Sequence record: OR844650.1
Reading direction: 5' to 3' (one strand)
DNA: 64,000 bases
Part shown: piece by piece, positions 52,295 to 62,738 of the stretch
How positions within the stretch are numbered: position 1 is the first letter of the stretch
Layout of the letters: each line of letters opens with the position of its first letter
Position numbers and translations under genes: made by a program
Notes under the pieces: model-generated
Database searches by the model: none
What the model was told of the DNA's origin: nothing
Seen by the model: the letters and a program-made list of their open reading frames with translations, nothing else

Positions 52295-52624
52295 TTAGTA
52301 ATCATCTGCTTGTGGAAGATTATTAGTAACACTAAGAATAGTTTCGATATTATCGAGTTTATTTTGTTTGTCAAAGTAATCACCTTTGTACATACGTTGT
52401 GCAGCTTGTTTGATATCAGATGCATCGATACCAAGTTCATCAGAAACACTAGAAACAAAATCAGATAAGGATGCTTTGGTATCATCAATGAAAGTTAGTT
52501 GTACAACAATGTTGTTAAGTGCGTCACCGAGACGTTTACGTTGTTCATCGTTTAGATCACGAATTTCAACTTTAACTTCTTTTTTAGATTTAGCCATTTT
52601 GTATTTCTCCATGTGTGTTTTCAA
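52295..52624 (-). CDS. dsbA: T4 DsbA-like double-stranded DNA-binding protein
   Basis: LSDFVSSVSDELGIDASDIKQAAQRMYK resembles DsbA IKDIRIRAKDELGVDGKMFNRLLALYHK. Confidence 0.65.
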   Translation of the reverse strand: MKTHMEKYKMAKSKKEVKVEIRDLNDEQRKRLGDALNNIVVQLTFIDDTKASLSDFVSSVSDELGIDASDIKQAAQRMYKGDYFDKQNKLDNIETILSVTNNLPQADDY

Positions 52625-52661
52625 AAAAATGTCACCTCACCACAATCGGTGAGATGACTTA

Positions 52662-52690
52662 ATTGTATCACGTCTTTACGTGTTGTCTCA
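52662..52690 (-). promoter_or_regulatory. Putative middle-type promoter for dsbA and the polymerase
   Basis: TGAGAC(AA)-17nt-TACAAT with TGA extension. Confidence 0.7.
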
Positions 52691-53245
52691 TTTTTTTTCC
52701 GGTTTAACTGGAAATGAAAATGTTTTCTTGATCATGTCTGCTGGTTTGATTGAATTCAATTGCGTTACATAATCTTTCAATTTTACAAACAATACAGCTT
52801 CTTCATCAGTTGCTAACTCAAGATCCATAGCAGTTTTTAAGTGTCCAAGTTCTTGAATTGCAATGTATTTCAAATTAGATAATTCATTTTTTAGGCGTTC
52901 AATTTTTTCTTCTTTAGTTTCAATATAGTCATGAATAGTATTTCCATCGTAAACCATACCATAAAGTTTGTTAATATCACCATCATATTCAATTTCAGAA
53001 ACACTAAAACCTAAAGGTACTAGATCATAAATGTTATATGATGCTGAAACAATTAAACCGTTAATATCATACATAAATTTTGCTTTATTAATGTCAAACA
53101 ATTCACGAGATTCATACCAATCCATACCTTCATCGGACATCATATACAAAGAATTAGGATTACCACCTTCTTTTTCATACATCTTAAAATTTGTTAGTTG
53201 CATTACACATTCCTTATTGTTGACGTACTGTTTCCCAGTTACCAT
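52688..53245 (-). CDS. Tail fibre assembly chaperone (Tfa-like)
   Basis: SDEGMDWYE...K...YD..G.I...S....L.P.G.SV...; C-terminal DLELATDEE...F.VKPE; follows the fibre gene. Confidence 0.85.
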   Translation of the reverse strand: MVTGKQYVNNKECVMQLTNFKMYEKEGGNPNSLYMMSDEGMDWYESRELFDINKAKFMYDINGLIVSASYNIYDLVPLGFSVSEIEYDGDINKLYGMVYDGNTIHDYIETKEEKIERLKNELSNLKYIAIQELGHLKTAMDLELATDEEAVLFVKLKDYVTQLNSIKPADMIKKTFSFPVKPEKK

Positions 53246-54824
53246 TTATTTGCATTTGAACATAGCGATAACTAATTCGTTCTAAGTGAGTGCCTGAACT
53301 ACCATTAACAGAAATCCATACGCCATCCATAAATGCACCTTCTGGTGTATATGTCCATGAAGAATCAGGTATTTTACTTGTTTCAATACGTGCACTCAAA
53401 CGAATACTTTGTACGTTATTAGTACTAATTTGCAAAGTAACGTTGCCACTAGCATCAGCAGCAGTACCGTTAATTGAACGAACAATATTTTTACCACCAA
53501 CAGTAGCTGAGTTGTTAGAAACAGTTAATGATGGTGCAGCTAAAGTACCAGAAGAGTTTACAGTAACTTCTGCTCCACCGGAACGTAATCTCAATGTATT
53601 ATTTGAAGAGTTATGATACACTGCCGCACGCTCACCACCGCTTGCGTTACGGAAATATAGAACTAATGATGTATCATTTGACTTAATTGACGCACTGTTT
53701 GCAATAGTCAATGAACCAGTCATTGTATCACCAGTTTTTAGTACATAACGAGTGTTTGCAACTTTTTCACTCAATGCGACGTTAGATTCAGCAATGTTAT
53801 ATAGGTATGCAACGTTAAAGTGTTCCACATCAATGTTGCTAATACCATGATAGTGTGGTTGGTTTCCACCAAGTGTGTTAGTGTTTCCACTAAATGAGTG
53901 AATGTGGTCTGGTGCTTCGTTAATGTTATTGATTACAGTTGGTATACCGTTATCATTACTTGAAGTTAACGCATTTAGACCACTACGGTCCATACCTTTT
54001 AGTGCTTGACTATGACCATGACGACCAGCAGCACCAGTGGTTCCACTAAAACTAAATGAGTGTGATGGTAACTGGGCAACACTTAATACTGTGCCGCTAA
54101 TATTACCGCTACTACCAATAACACTATCAGTTTTAGTTACACCAGATGTAGATATACCTTTTAAGTATGCGTTTTGGTTAAGGTTTGGTACTTGTTTGGT
54201 AATTGTACCATTTTCCCCCTCCCATTGCCACCACATACCATCAGCAAAACACCAACCGTCAGACGTTTTCCACGGAGCACCTTGTGAACCGTTTCGTCCA
54301 CTTTGTCCATTCGATTGCCCTGACATTTGTTCACGTATACTAGCAACAGATTGACCAGAAGTCAATGAATATTGTGTAATAGCACCAGGTTTAAGTGAAG
54401 TGTAAAGACCAGTTGGACCAGAACCACCACTAGAAGCAGTAGGGAATACAATGTTTAAGTTTGTTCCACTAATACTTGCACTAGGAACAGTACTGCTACT
54501 GTATGTTACACTTTCTACTTTTAAATTTAATTTTCTGTTTACTTCATCTAATGAAATTCTAATTGGTTCCAAAATAGTATCAGTATCGTATACTGCAATC
54601 CAACTTGTACCGTTATGATACTTCAAAACTAATTCGTTTCGATCAAAAACCATTGCACCTTGTTCACCAGTAGGTAACGTTTGTACTGGTATAATAACTG
54701 ATGACGAATTAAAACGAATAGGTCTTGGGTTAGTTGGTGTACCACCAAGCACTATTAGTTCTAAAGATCCATTAGCACCAGTACTGGTCATTGTATCCAA
54801 TGGGTTATTAAAACTTATGCTCAT
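53214..54824 (-). CDS. Tail fibre protein with collar domain and HxH metal-binding tip motifs
   Basis: Collar DGWCFADG...VPNLNQNAYLKG; SHSF, RHGH, DHIH, HYH; YVLKTGDTMTG repeat. Confidence 0.85.
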   Translation of the reverse strand: MSISFNNPLDTMTSTGANGSLELIVLGGTPTNPRPIRFNSSSVIIPVQTLPTGEQGAMVFDRNELVLKYHNGTSWIAVYDTDTILEPIRISLDEVNRKLNLKVESVTYSSSTVPSASISGTNLNIVFPTASSGGSGPTGLYTSLKPGAITQYSLTSGQSVASIREQMSGQSNGQSGRNGSQGAPWKTSDGWCFADGMWWQWEGENGTITKQVPNLNQNAYLKGISTSGVTKTDSVIGSSGNISGTVLSVAQLPSHSFSFSGTTGAAGRHGHSQALKGMDRSGLNALTSSNDNGIPTVINNINEAPDHIHSFSGNTNTLGGNQPHYHGISNIDVEHFNVAYLYNIAESNVALSEKVANTRYVLKTGDTMTGSLTIANSASIKSNDTSLVLYFRNASGGERAAVYHNSSNNTLRLRSGGAEVTVNSSGTLAAPSLTVSNNSATVGGKNIVRSINGTAADASGNVTLQISTNNVQSIRLSARIETSKIPDSSWTYTPEGAFMDGVWISVNGSSGTHLERISYRYVQMQINGNWETVRQQ

Positions 54825-54864
54825 GTATAAATCCCTTTATGATTAATATATACTATATTTATTC

Positions 54865-55191
54865 CTATAGCAAGTCGTTATCCATATCATCCCACACAGA
54901 ATCAATGATGTTTGCTGCTATCTTTTTAGACATTTTAAACCACTCCGTATTTGGTTGTCTAGTTGCATTCATTTGTTTAAGCCTTTTATGTATCTCTTTT
55001 TCAGCTAAACGTGCGTCTTCAAAGTGAACTTCATGATAAACTTCAAAATCACGAAACGGGGTAGCTGTCTGATACGTTCTCAAACGCTCTGTCATTTCAG
55101 ATTTAGAAGTGAAACCAATCTTAACATAGTCAGGCCATGCAGAGTTTATTATAACATAACATATCTGTGACATAGATTCAATCTCCATCAT
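54865..55191 (-). CDS. T5orf172/GIY-YIG-like domain protein
   Basis: CYVII...YVKIGFT...RLRTYQTATPFRDF...AEKEIH...TEWF. Confidence 0.8.
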   Translation of the reverse strand: MMEIESMSQICYVIINSAWPDYVKIGFTSKSEMTERLRTYQTATPFRDFEVYHEVHFEDARLAEKEIHKRLKQMNATRQPNTEWFKMSKKIAANIIDSVWDDMDNDLL

Positions 55192-55212
55192 TAATATGGA
55201 GATATTTATCTA

Positions 55213-55572
55213 TCAACTAATAGTGAATTTTAAACCAATATCAATTAAACGTTGAAAAGGATTATGTGGCTGAAATTCCGATGGTTCTTGTGCTATGTTT
55301 AGTACAGGAGCATCAGAATGCAGCACCGACATACGTTCTCTATAATGATCTATGTATTCTTCATACAACATATCTTCAGTATGTGTATTAAGTATATCTT
55401 CTATGAAAGAATCTAAACTATAATCCAATCTATCATCATTATAATACAATGTTTCAGTGGCTTCATCATATCCAACTAACGTACCATAAGGAACATTTAT
55501 TTCTATATTTGAGTACTGACTCTTTAAGTACTCTTCTTTGTTAAATTTGTATACAGTTAACATCCGTGTCAA
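55213..55572 (-). CDS. Hypothetical acidic protein
   Basis: 119-aa ORF. Confidence 0.65.
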   Translation of the reverse strand: MTRMLTVYKFNKEEYLKSQYSNIEINVPYGTLVGYDEATETLYYNDDRLDYSLDSFIEDILNTHTEDMLYEEYIDHYRERMSVLHSDAPVLNIAQEPSEFQPHNPFQRLIDIGLKFTIS

Positions 55573-55586
55573 CTCCTTTAGATTGT

Positions 55587-56510
55587 TTACTTAAAAGTAT
55601 TTACAATTTCTAAAACACTTTCAAGATACTTAGCATCAAATGTTTCAGTAAATCCTGACGGTAACTCTTCAGTACTTACAACACCACTTTCAATGTATTT
55701 CTTTATGAACTTTTCCAACAGTAATGGTTGATTGCCATCTTCAAAGTAGCGTTCTACAAGTACTTCATGCTCGAACTCAGAATTGCGACTTTGTTCGTTT
55801 ACACGGCGTTTCATATCACCAGTGATTCCATACTTGTACACCGTCTTGTCATTGTTAGTTAGTTTTTGAACATAGAAATATCCAGGTTTTGATGGTTGAT
55901 AACCATACTCACCACATGATGGACATCCTCTTCCTGCCATATGAGATTTGGGTATTTGTTTAAAGACACCATGTTCAGGACAAATAATATCCACATGTTC
56001 ATCACTAGTCTTGTAATCCACCAAGCTATAATCATACTTATGGTTATGGATAGGCGACACAAGTTCAATGAAACGTTCAGTACTTCTTCCACCTTTACCA
56101 GAACATATTCCACAACTAGTTTTTCCTTTTAATAATGTTGCGGCTGATACTTCCCAATCATGCACATCATTCGGATCATTATGACATGTAACGATGACTC
56201 GCCCATTACTGTCACTTTGTTTTTTGTAGATAGTTTTCTCAAATGACAATGTTGGATGGATGGTTTTAACTTTTTCAATAAAAGTTTCGGTCGTGTATGC
56301 TGTGTTTTTTTGACAAATGTTACATCCTTTTGCAGAAGGTCGGACTATTTGCATAGGAGTGATTTTGAAATAATGACAACCTTCTACACAATAAAGTTCA
56401 ACCTGTTTATGAGCATTAATATATACCATTTTATCAAACAAATACACACCAGTACCATACTTTTCATTCACTGCATTAATAAATTTTTCTTCATTTGGAT
56501 TCATTGTCAT
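55587..56510 (-). mobile_element. Free-standing homing-endonuclease-like gene (three Cys/His zinc-binding repeats plus GIY-YIG-like domain)
   Basis: Three repeats of FIE..V...H...Y....Y......V...C..H......CxxC; C-terminal YFYVQKL...YKYGITGDMKRR; inserted after the capsid gene with its own TTGACA-17nt promoter. Confidence 0.7.
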
Positions 56511-56580
56511 TTCTCTTCTTCATTTATAATGTACGCGTATTATTACACAAAAAATGTGACATGTCAACACAAAAAAGAAA

Positions 56581-56600
56581 AGGGACTCCGAAGAGTCCCT
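56581..56600 (-). terminator. cUUCGg tetraloop terminator after the major capsid gene
   Basis: AGGGACTC-TTCG-GAGTCCCT followed by a T-run. Confidence 0.9.
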
Positions 56601-56643
56601 ATTGTTTTTAATTTCTTGATTAAATCTTTTAAATCGATTACAA

Positions 56644-57819
56644 TTACATGAAAGTAACGTTTTTGATAGCGATTTTGCTGTAGTAGTCAGCAGCGTTACC
56701 AAGAGAAGAAGTACTATCAGTCAATTGTACATAACCATACCTGGTAAGGAAAGTTGTGACCAATTCCCCAGTGTTAGGGTCCATTACAGTACCGGAAGCC
56801 ATTAGTGGGATGTATGGGCAATAGAACACACCAGCATCAGTTTCTGCATTACCTTTATAACCAATTAGAATATCTTCTGCATCACTTGCATAAGTATCAA
56901 CAAAAATACGCATAGTGCTGTTTAGAGTACCTACAAACTTAACGTTAGTTGGGGCTTCGAAAGTACCTTCAGTGGTACGTGCAAAGCTAGAAGTAGTAGC
57001 AGATTGTAGAATGGTTAGTGCAGTTGGGGAAACAACAGCCCAGTTTGCAGCACCACGCTTAGTACGACGAGCAACTTCGTTTGCTTGACGGTTAATTAGA
57101 GTTGCTAGAGCAGCGTGCTCATCACCAACGAAGGTTGCAACACCAGTAACTTTAGATTGGTCATAAGTTACAGCAGCAGCACCAGGTAGTGCACGTAGAC
57201 GGCTTAGTAGCTCTTGGTCGATTTCTACGGTAACTTCTTGAGCGATTGCAGCCATTAGTTCTGCTTCAACGTCAACACCATGTTGGGATTGTGCATCTTG
57301 TGCAGATTCAACAGTCCAACGTGCAGATAGACGACGAGATTTCGCTTCAACAGTTTCACGTAGAATACGGATGTTAACGCGACGACCCATAGTACCTTCT
57401 AGTTGGCTAGTAGGAGCAGCTTGTGGGTTGCTATTATCCGCATTTAGATCACCAGAGTAAGATTTAGCGATTTTGTATGGAGAAAGCATTTCTTCACCAG
57501 CGATTACACCAGGTGCGTTATCAGCATATTGTACACGTAGGGTGTGGATCTGACCAACTGGACCAGTCATAGGTTGAACACCGATGATTTCGTTAGCAAT
57601 AACGGTTGGCATTACACGACGCATAATTGGTAGAATCACTTTGTTTAGAGTAGCGATGTTACCAGCGGTAGTTGCACCAGAAGTTGCGGATTCAGTTAGC
57701 ATAACTTTACGATGGTTATCAAGAACAGTTTCCATTACAGACTTACGAGTACCCTGTAGACCTTCAACTAGTTTCTCTTTTACTGCTACCCATTTGGATT
57801 CATTTAGTAGTTGTGACAT
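56644..57819 (-). CDS. Major capsid protein (gp23-like)
   Basis: IGVQPMTGPVGQI, VEAKSRRLSARWT, EVTVEIDQE, GAANWAVVSP, GVFYCPYIPL, TRYG. Confidence 0.95.
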   Translation of the reverse strand: MSQLLNESKWVAVKEKLVEGLQGTRKSVMETVLDNHRKVMLTESATSGATTAGNIATLNKVILPIMRRVMPTVIANEIIGVQPMTGPVGQIHTLRVQYADNAPGVIAGEEMLSPYKIAKSYSGDLNADNSNPQAAPTSQLEGTMGRRVNIRILRETVEAKSRRLSARWTVESAQDAQSQHGVDVEAELMAAIAQEVTVEIDQELLSRLRALPGAAAVTYDQSKVTGVATFVGDEHAALATLINRQANEVARRTKRGAANWAVVSPTALTILQSATTSSFARTTEGTFEAPTNVKFVGTLNSTMRIFVDTYASDAEDILIGYKGNAETDAGVFYCPYIPLMASGTVMDPNTGELVTTFLTRYGYVQLTDSTSSLGNAADYYSKIAIKNVTFM

Positions 57820-57910
57820 TATATATCTCCTTAAAGATGTTATATTCGTTTTTCAGTATGATATTATTTATAGAACTGAAAAATTTGATTATTAAAATGC
57901 TTTAAAATGT

Positions 57911-59026
57911 TTATTTTTTATTGATACCTGAAAGAACATCTAGTTCTTTTAGGAATGCCATATCGTCAGCGGTCATTTCTTCGCTTTCAACAATAGCCTG
58001 ACGGTTGCCAGTGATTACTTTACCTTCTGCAAGAGTTTTCTTAGCGGAAGACTGAACTGCTTGACGAGTGGTAGCAGATTCATTTACTTTAGTACCGTTA
58101 AGTACTGACTTATGGTACTTGCTGAAATCTTCTTTAAGCTTTTCAGTAGGTGAAGTAGCTAGAAGGGATTCCATAATTTGTTTTTGCTGTGCAGTTAGTG
58201 GTTTTACTAGTTCAGACATAATCGCATTACGTGCTTGTGCATCTTCCATAATACGTAGTTTGGTTTTAGCAGCTTTAACGGCATTAGCAGTTTCATGTAG
58301 TTCTTGCTTAACTTGAGCAATTTCATCTTCTTTAGATTTAATTGATTCAGTTAGGGAACGTAGCAATGAGTTTTCATTAAATTGTTTGACATTAAACTCT
58401 TGAGCAAATGCTTCAAAGATTTTACGACCAAACATATTTTGTTTTGCTTCCACTAGATCTTGTTTCAACGCATATAGATTCTTCTGAGTGGTTTCTGCAA
58501 TATATTTAGCAGCACTTTCAGATGTACGTTTGATGAAGTTATTACGAGCTTCAGCAATTTGACGTGAACCTTCAGCAAGTAGTTTAACGCGAGTTTCTAC
58601 TAGTTGGCGTTTTTCAGTGTGGAATTCTTTTAGCTCTTCTGCTAGGATACCGTTAGAAAAATTAACGAATTTACCCATGCATTCATGAAGATGCTTACGT
58701 TCTTTACGCATTTGTTTAACTTCTTCAGCCAAAACAGAGTTTGAAAACGCAGAGAAATTGCTTAGTGTTTTACGTAGAGTTACACGATCTTCAACGAGAC
58801 GTTTTTTCTCTTCATATACAGCACCCATTTCTTCAGCAATGACTTGAGTAACCATCGTGTTCAAACCTTCGGTTAGTTCAGCCAAATCTTGCTGATAACG
58901 GCCTTTCATTTCTTCACGCATCTCTGCGGCTAGTGTATTCTTTTCTTCATTCCATGCTTCCTGAATTAGCTGTTTTGCCTCATCAGAAAGAGATGATTCT
59001 TTTAGAAGCTTTTCTAATTTAGACAT
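57911..59026 (-). CDS. Prohead scaffold protein (gp22-like)
   Basis: Long coiled coil between the protease and capsid genes. Confidence 0.8.
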   Translation of the reverse strand: MSKLEKLLKESSLSDEAKQLIQEAWNEEKNTLAAEMREEMKGRYQQDLAELTEGLNTMVTQVIAEEMGAVYEEKKRLVEDRVTLRKTLSNFSAFSNSVLAEEVKQMRKERKHLHECMGKFVNFSNGILAEELKEFHTEKRQLVETRVKLLAEGSRQIAEARNNFIKRTSESAAKYIAETTQKNLYALKQDLVEAKQNMFGRKIFEAFAQEFNVKQFNENSLLRSLTESIKSKEDEIAQVKQELHETANAVKAAKTKLRIMEDAQARNAIMSELVKPLTAQQKQIMESLLATSPTEKLKEDFSKYHKSVLNGTKVNESATTRQAVQSSAKKTLAEGKVITGNRQAIVESEEMTADDMAFLKELDVLSGINKK

Positions 59027-59092
59027 TCGTTCTCTCCTTTAAGTACTGAAATATCTGTACTTCAACATACAGATATTTATATTTTTAAAATG

Positions 59093-59716
59093 TTAACCTT
59101 TTAATTTCTTGAAAAAATCGTATATTTCAGAATCTAAATTATTTACTTTTTTAGATTCAGTGATTTTTTTAGAACTATTACAAGGTGATCCGTACTTACT
59201 CATCAGAGATTCAAATACCGCTGTTGGGTATGCTTCTGGAGCACTAGGTTGAGCAACAATATCAATAGTGATAATTTCAAAATCAGAAACTATTCCATTA
59301 TAATCAACGTTACCGGAACCGCGAGAACTTACACCAAGTTTTACACCAGCCTCTAGCATTTTACGGATATTCTGACCATGTGCAGTATCAAGTAGTTTGA
59401 TTTCTGCCATACCATTAGCACCTTCCATCCAAACCTTAGTAATCATTGCTGCTACACGGTCTAGGTTAATAGTTAGTGTTTCTGGATGGTCACATTCAAC
59501 AAGAATGCTTTCACCTTTAGCTAAACGCTGGTTCATGTTATTTACTGCCCTTGTAATTTCAGATAAAGGGTAAATTCTCTCGTTCAAATTTCGTTGGTCG
59601 GCTTGAATAGCAATACCACGAAGATAGCAGTCACGCCCACCAAATCCATTATCACGATGTTCCAAAACAACTTTAGAATCATTGAATGAAGACCATTCAC
59701 GAATCATACTACTCAT
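59093..59716 (-). CDS. Prohead protease (gp21-like)
   Basis: GIAIQADQRNLNERIYP, ECDHP, GVSSRGSG, DIVAQPSAPEAY. Confidence 0.93.
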   Translation of the reverse strand: MSSMIREWSSFNDSKVVLEHRDNGFGGRDCYLRGIAIQADQRNLNERIYPLSEITRAVNNMNQRLAKGESILVECDHPETLTINLDRVAAMITKVWMEGANGMAEIKLLDTAHGQNIRKMLEAGVKLGVSSRGSGNVDYNGIVSDFEIITIDIVAQPSAPEAYPTAVFESLMSKYGSPCNSSKKITESKKVNNLDSEIYDFFKKLKG

Positions 59717-59736
59717 AATGATCTCCTTTCAGATAT

Positions 59737-60597
59737 TTATTTTAGTTTAGGTTGTGCTTTGCTTAGTGGTGATTTAGAATTAGATGCAGTAGTTTTTGGT
59801 GCTTTAACATCTTTCATTTCACCGCGAGCATTTTTACCAAGATCTAGGCTATCTTTTGGTAGAACAGATTTATCATCTAGGTCTAGTAGTGGGGCTTGGT
59901 CAGTTTTCTTAGCGAATTTAACTGGCTCTGCTCCTGCTACTGGAGATTTAGCTTCTGGTGCTACTGGAGATTTGGAATGAGTGCCAGCTTTTTCTTTCTT
60001 ATCAACTGGAGCAACTTTTTCTAGTTTGAAGGATTCACCGAATTTTTCATCGCCGAATTCAACATCAGCAAATTCGTCGTCACCGTCAACACCAACTTCT
60101 TCTTCGCTATCTTCTACTTCTTCTTCAGAATCTAGATCAACTTCACCGTCACCGATTTCATCAAACATTTGTTGTAGGCCACGGAAAGCATCTTGGATTG
60201 ATTCCCATTGGTCTTCGGAAGGAACATCAGCATCAGCTTTCACTTCAACGTCAACATCGTCTTCACCGTCACCATCTGCATCAGCAGAGAATTCAACTTC
60301 TTCTTCTGCACTTTCATCTTCTTCACCAAGGGTGTATTCGATTTCAGCATTTAGACCTTCGTCTGGTTGTACATCAAAATCTTCGTCAAGCTTTTCTTCA
60401 TCTTTGACTTTAACTTCGACTTCACAATCTTCATCGTCGTCTTCATCTTCCATGCTTTCTTCTAGTTGTTTGTTAATTTCTTGAGCTTGCTCAACGAAAT
60501 ACTTACGCATTTTTTTATCAGCAATATCTTGTTCGCCATTTGCAAACGCCGCAATTGCTTCTTGTAGTAGTTTTAAATTCGCCATTATATCCTCCAT
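59737..60597 (-). CDS. Very acidic prohead core protein
   Basis: Glu/Asp-rich body with a basic tail; sits at the position of gp67/68 in the head operon. Confidence 0.6.
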   Translation of the reverse strand: MEDIMANLKLLQEAIAAFANGEQDIADKKMRKYFVEQAQEINKQLEESMEDEDDDEDCEVEVKVKDEEKLDEDFDVQPDEGLNAEIEYTLGEEDESAEEEVEFSADADGDGEDDVDVEVKADADVPSEDQWESIQDAFRGLQQMFDEIGDGEVDLDSEEEVEDSEEEVGVDGDDEFADVEFGDEKFGESFKLEKVAPVDKKEKAGTHSKSPVAPEAKSPVAGAEPVKFAKKTDQAPLLDLDDKSVLPKDSLDLGKNARGEMKDVKAPKTTASNSKSPLSKAQPKLK

Positions 60598-60643
60598 AGA
60601 TATATTACATTCGTATAAAGTATGATATTATTTAGTACTGAAT

Positions 60644-60682
60644 AAAATCGCCTTTTTTAAAAGCTTTAAAAAGTGCGATTTT
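60644..60682. terminator. Hairpin / terminator
   Basis: AAAATCGC...GCGATTTT long stem. Confidence 0.6.
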
Positions 60683-60686
60683 CGGT

Positions 60687-60914
60687 TTACATTAACCCAG
60701 AACCGTCACCTGTTGGTGCAGCGGCATAAACAACTGCAACCACATTTTTGCGGCGTTGTTCTTCATGTGCTTTAAATTCACGGTACTTTCTTAAGTTGTT
60801 TAATACTTGTAATGTTAGTTTCGGTTTTCTGGAATCAGTAATTTTATATACGTTCTGATCATCTTCAGGGTCGTACATTGAATCACTGCTAGATTCAAAG
60901 ATGTCCTTTAACAT
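60687..60914 (-). CDS. Small conserved head-region protein
   Basis: 75-aa ORF, SRKPKLTLQVLNNLRK. Confidence 0.7.
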   Translation of the reverse strand: MLKDIFESSSDSMYDPEDDQNVYKITDSRKPKLTLQVLNNLRKYREFKAHEEQRRKNVVAVVYAAAPTGDGSGLM

Positions 60915-60987
60915 TTGATCTCCTTGAAATATGCATTATAAATGAGGGTAAAAATAAACCCTCATTCTTATACATTGTTATTTATGT

Positions 60988-62727
60988 TTAAAAAGAATTG
61001 CCTAAATTATTAGGGTCGAAACCACCACTTCCACTCTGTTGCTCTTGGTATTCGGCATCAGCACTTTCCAAATTACCTTCTCCATCAATACCAAGATCCA
61101 TTCCAGGATCATTTGGAGCATCAATACCAACAGACTGCAATCCTGCGGAATCTTCTTCACCACCAGAAGGTTGGGAACCATCTTGTGGATTCTCTTGTAA
61201 CCACAATTGTTCATTCTTAACAATATCAGCTTTAGAAAAGCCCATTTTTTCAAGAATTGTTTGTTTTGCCATATAAGGCAAGTCATTAAGAGGAAGATAT
61301 GTATTAATTAGTTTAGCATCTAGTTCAGCTTTACGATAAGAAGCTAAGTTAATAGGTGGATTCATAATAACTTCAAAAGATGAAGTACTAATGTTATATC
61401 CATTTTTAACCATAAATCTTTTGAATTCAGCATCAAAATGTTTTGCAACTAAACGTTGATAACGCATACATTGATTATTGAATCGCAATTCACTTGCCAT
61501 AGCTTGTGTAGCACCATCACCAAATAATGAAACACCACCATCATCTGGACCTTGTGGTAGATATGAAGCTGGTATTTGAAGACCACGAATCAATTTATTA
61601 TTGAAATAACGTAAGTCATCAATTTGTCCTAAGTTATCACCGCCTGGTAATGTTTGAACATCTGAACCACGACCTTCAGAAGTTTGTGGGAAAAAGTAGT
61701 CTTCTAAAATGCTTAATGGATTATATGCTGCATCCATTAATGAAGTACTTCCACCTTTGTTTGAAGGTATTCTACGCTGGTGGATTTCATTTTTAAATCT
61801 TTCAACATAAGCCATCGCTTGGTGTGCTTGCATATCACCAACATCAATTTTAAATACACGACGCTCAGGTGCACGTTGTACACGATAAATTATGATACTA
61901 TCTTCCAGAAGTTCTTTTTGCTTATAGACTTTAAATACGTCCTCAAGTATACTAGTACCAAAAGGCCATACCCCATCTTGTCCTGTATTTAGCGTTAGAT
62001 GAATTACGTGTTCTGCACCAACAGGAATAACGTCTAATTGACCGTTAGTACTGAATGGATCAGCAGTATTTCCTTGACTTGTAAAACCAGATGCACCACC
62101 CGCAGCTACTGAACCACCACCACCCATTGTTGTCGGAATAGCTCCTGGATAAGCGGTTTTATCAAATCCTACTTGAAGGTTACTAAAAACTTTATCTTTC
62201 AAATTTAATGATACGTCACGTATATAATAAATTACTGGTGTTTTACCAGTGGCTTCGTTAACAAATACTTGCTCAACATTTTTGGGACTTACCCAATACC
62301 AATCGAATGTTTCTGGATCTCGAATGAAAAATTGATCACCATATTTCAGAAGACCACGCACAATTTCATACATTCGTGTTTTAAAATCATTTTGTTCAGT
62401 CCATGCATCTAAACGATCTTCAATAGTAGTTACTTCAGTATCACCAATATCATCTTTATATTTGATTTTATATGGTAAACCAAAATCTTCAGTACTTTGG
62501 GTACAAAAGTCAGCAATTATATTCAATGCAGTTCTAATTTCAGGATCTTGGTCCATTTGCTCATACTGACTATAACGCTCAGTACGGTTTGCCAATCCAT
62601 TATATACAACAGGAAGATAGGAAGCGAAATTTGTTTTCGTTCCTGTTGATTTATTGCTATTACTGGACTGATTCGGGATGGTCGATAGTTTAGACCTTCC
62701 CACTGTCATATGTCGTTTCCAACTCAT
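60988..62727 (-). CDS. Portal protein (gp20-like)
   Basis: YEQMDQDPEI, KQKELLEDSIIIYRVQRAPERRVFKIDVG, EDYFFP, TLPGGDNLG. Confidence 0.96.
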   Translation of the reverse strand: MSWKRHMTVGRSKLSTIPNQSSNSNKSTGTKTNFASYLPVVYNGLANRTERYSQYEQMDQDPEIRTALNIIADFCTQSTEDFGLPYKIKYKDDIGDTEVTTIEDRLDAWTEQNDFKTRMYEIVRGLLKYGDQFFIRDPETFDWYWVSPKNVEQVFVNEATGKTPVIYYIRDVSLNLKDKVFSNLQVGFDKTAYPGAIPTTMGGGGSVAAGGASGFTSQGNTADPFSTNGQLDVIPVGAEHVIHLTLNTGQDGVWPFGTSILEDVFKVYKQKELLEDSIIIYRVQRAPERRVFKIDVGDMQAHQAMAYVERFKNEIHQRRIPSNKGGSTSLMDAAYNPLSILEDYFFPQTSEGRGSDVQTLPGGDNLGQIDDLRYFNNKLIRGLQIPASYLPQGPDDGGVSLFGDGATQAMASELRFNNQCMRYQRLVAKHFDAEFKRFMVKNGYNISTSSFEVIMNPPINLASYRKAELDAKLINTYLPLNDLPYMAKQTILEKMGFSKADIVKNEQLWLQENPQDGSQPSGGEEDSAGLQSVGIDAPNDPGMDLGIDGEGNLESADAEYQEQQSGSGGFDPNNLGNSF

Positions 62728-62738
62728 TATTTTCGTCC

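Noticed and set aside
59981-60484. Ser-rich 167-aa plus-strand ORF
   Set aside because: It is the antisense shadow of the Glu/Asp-rich core-protein gene (GAA/GAT codons read as Ser on the other strand)
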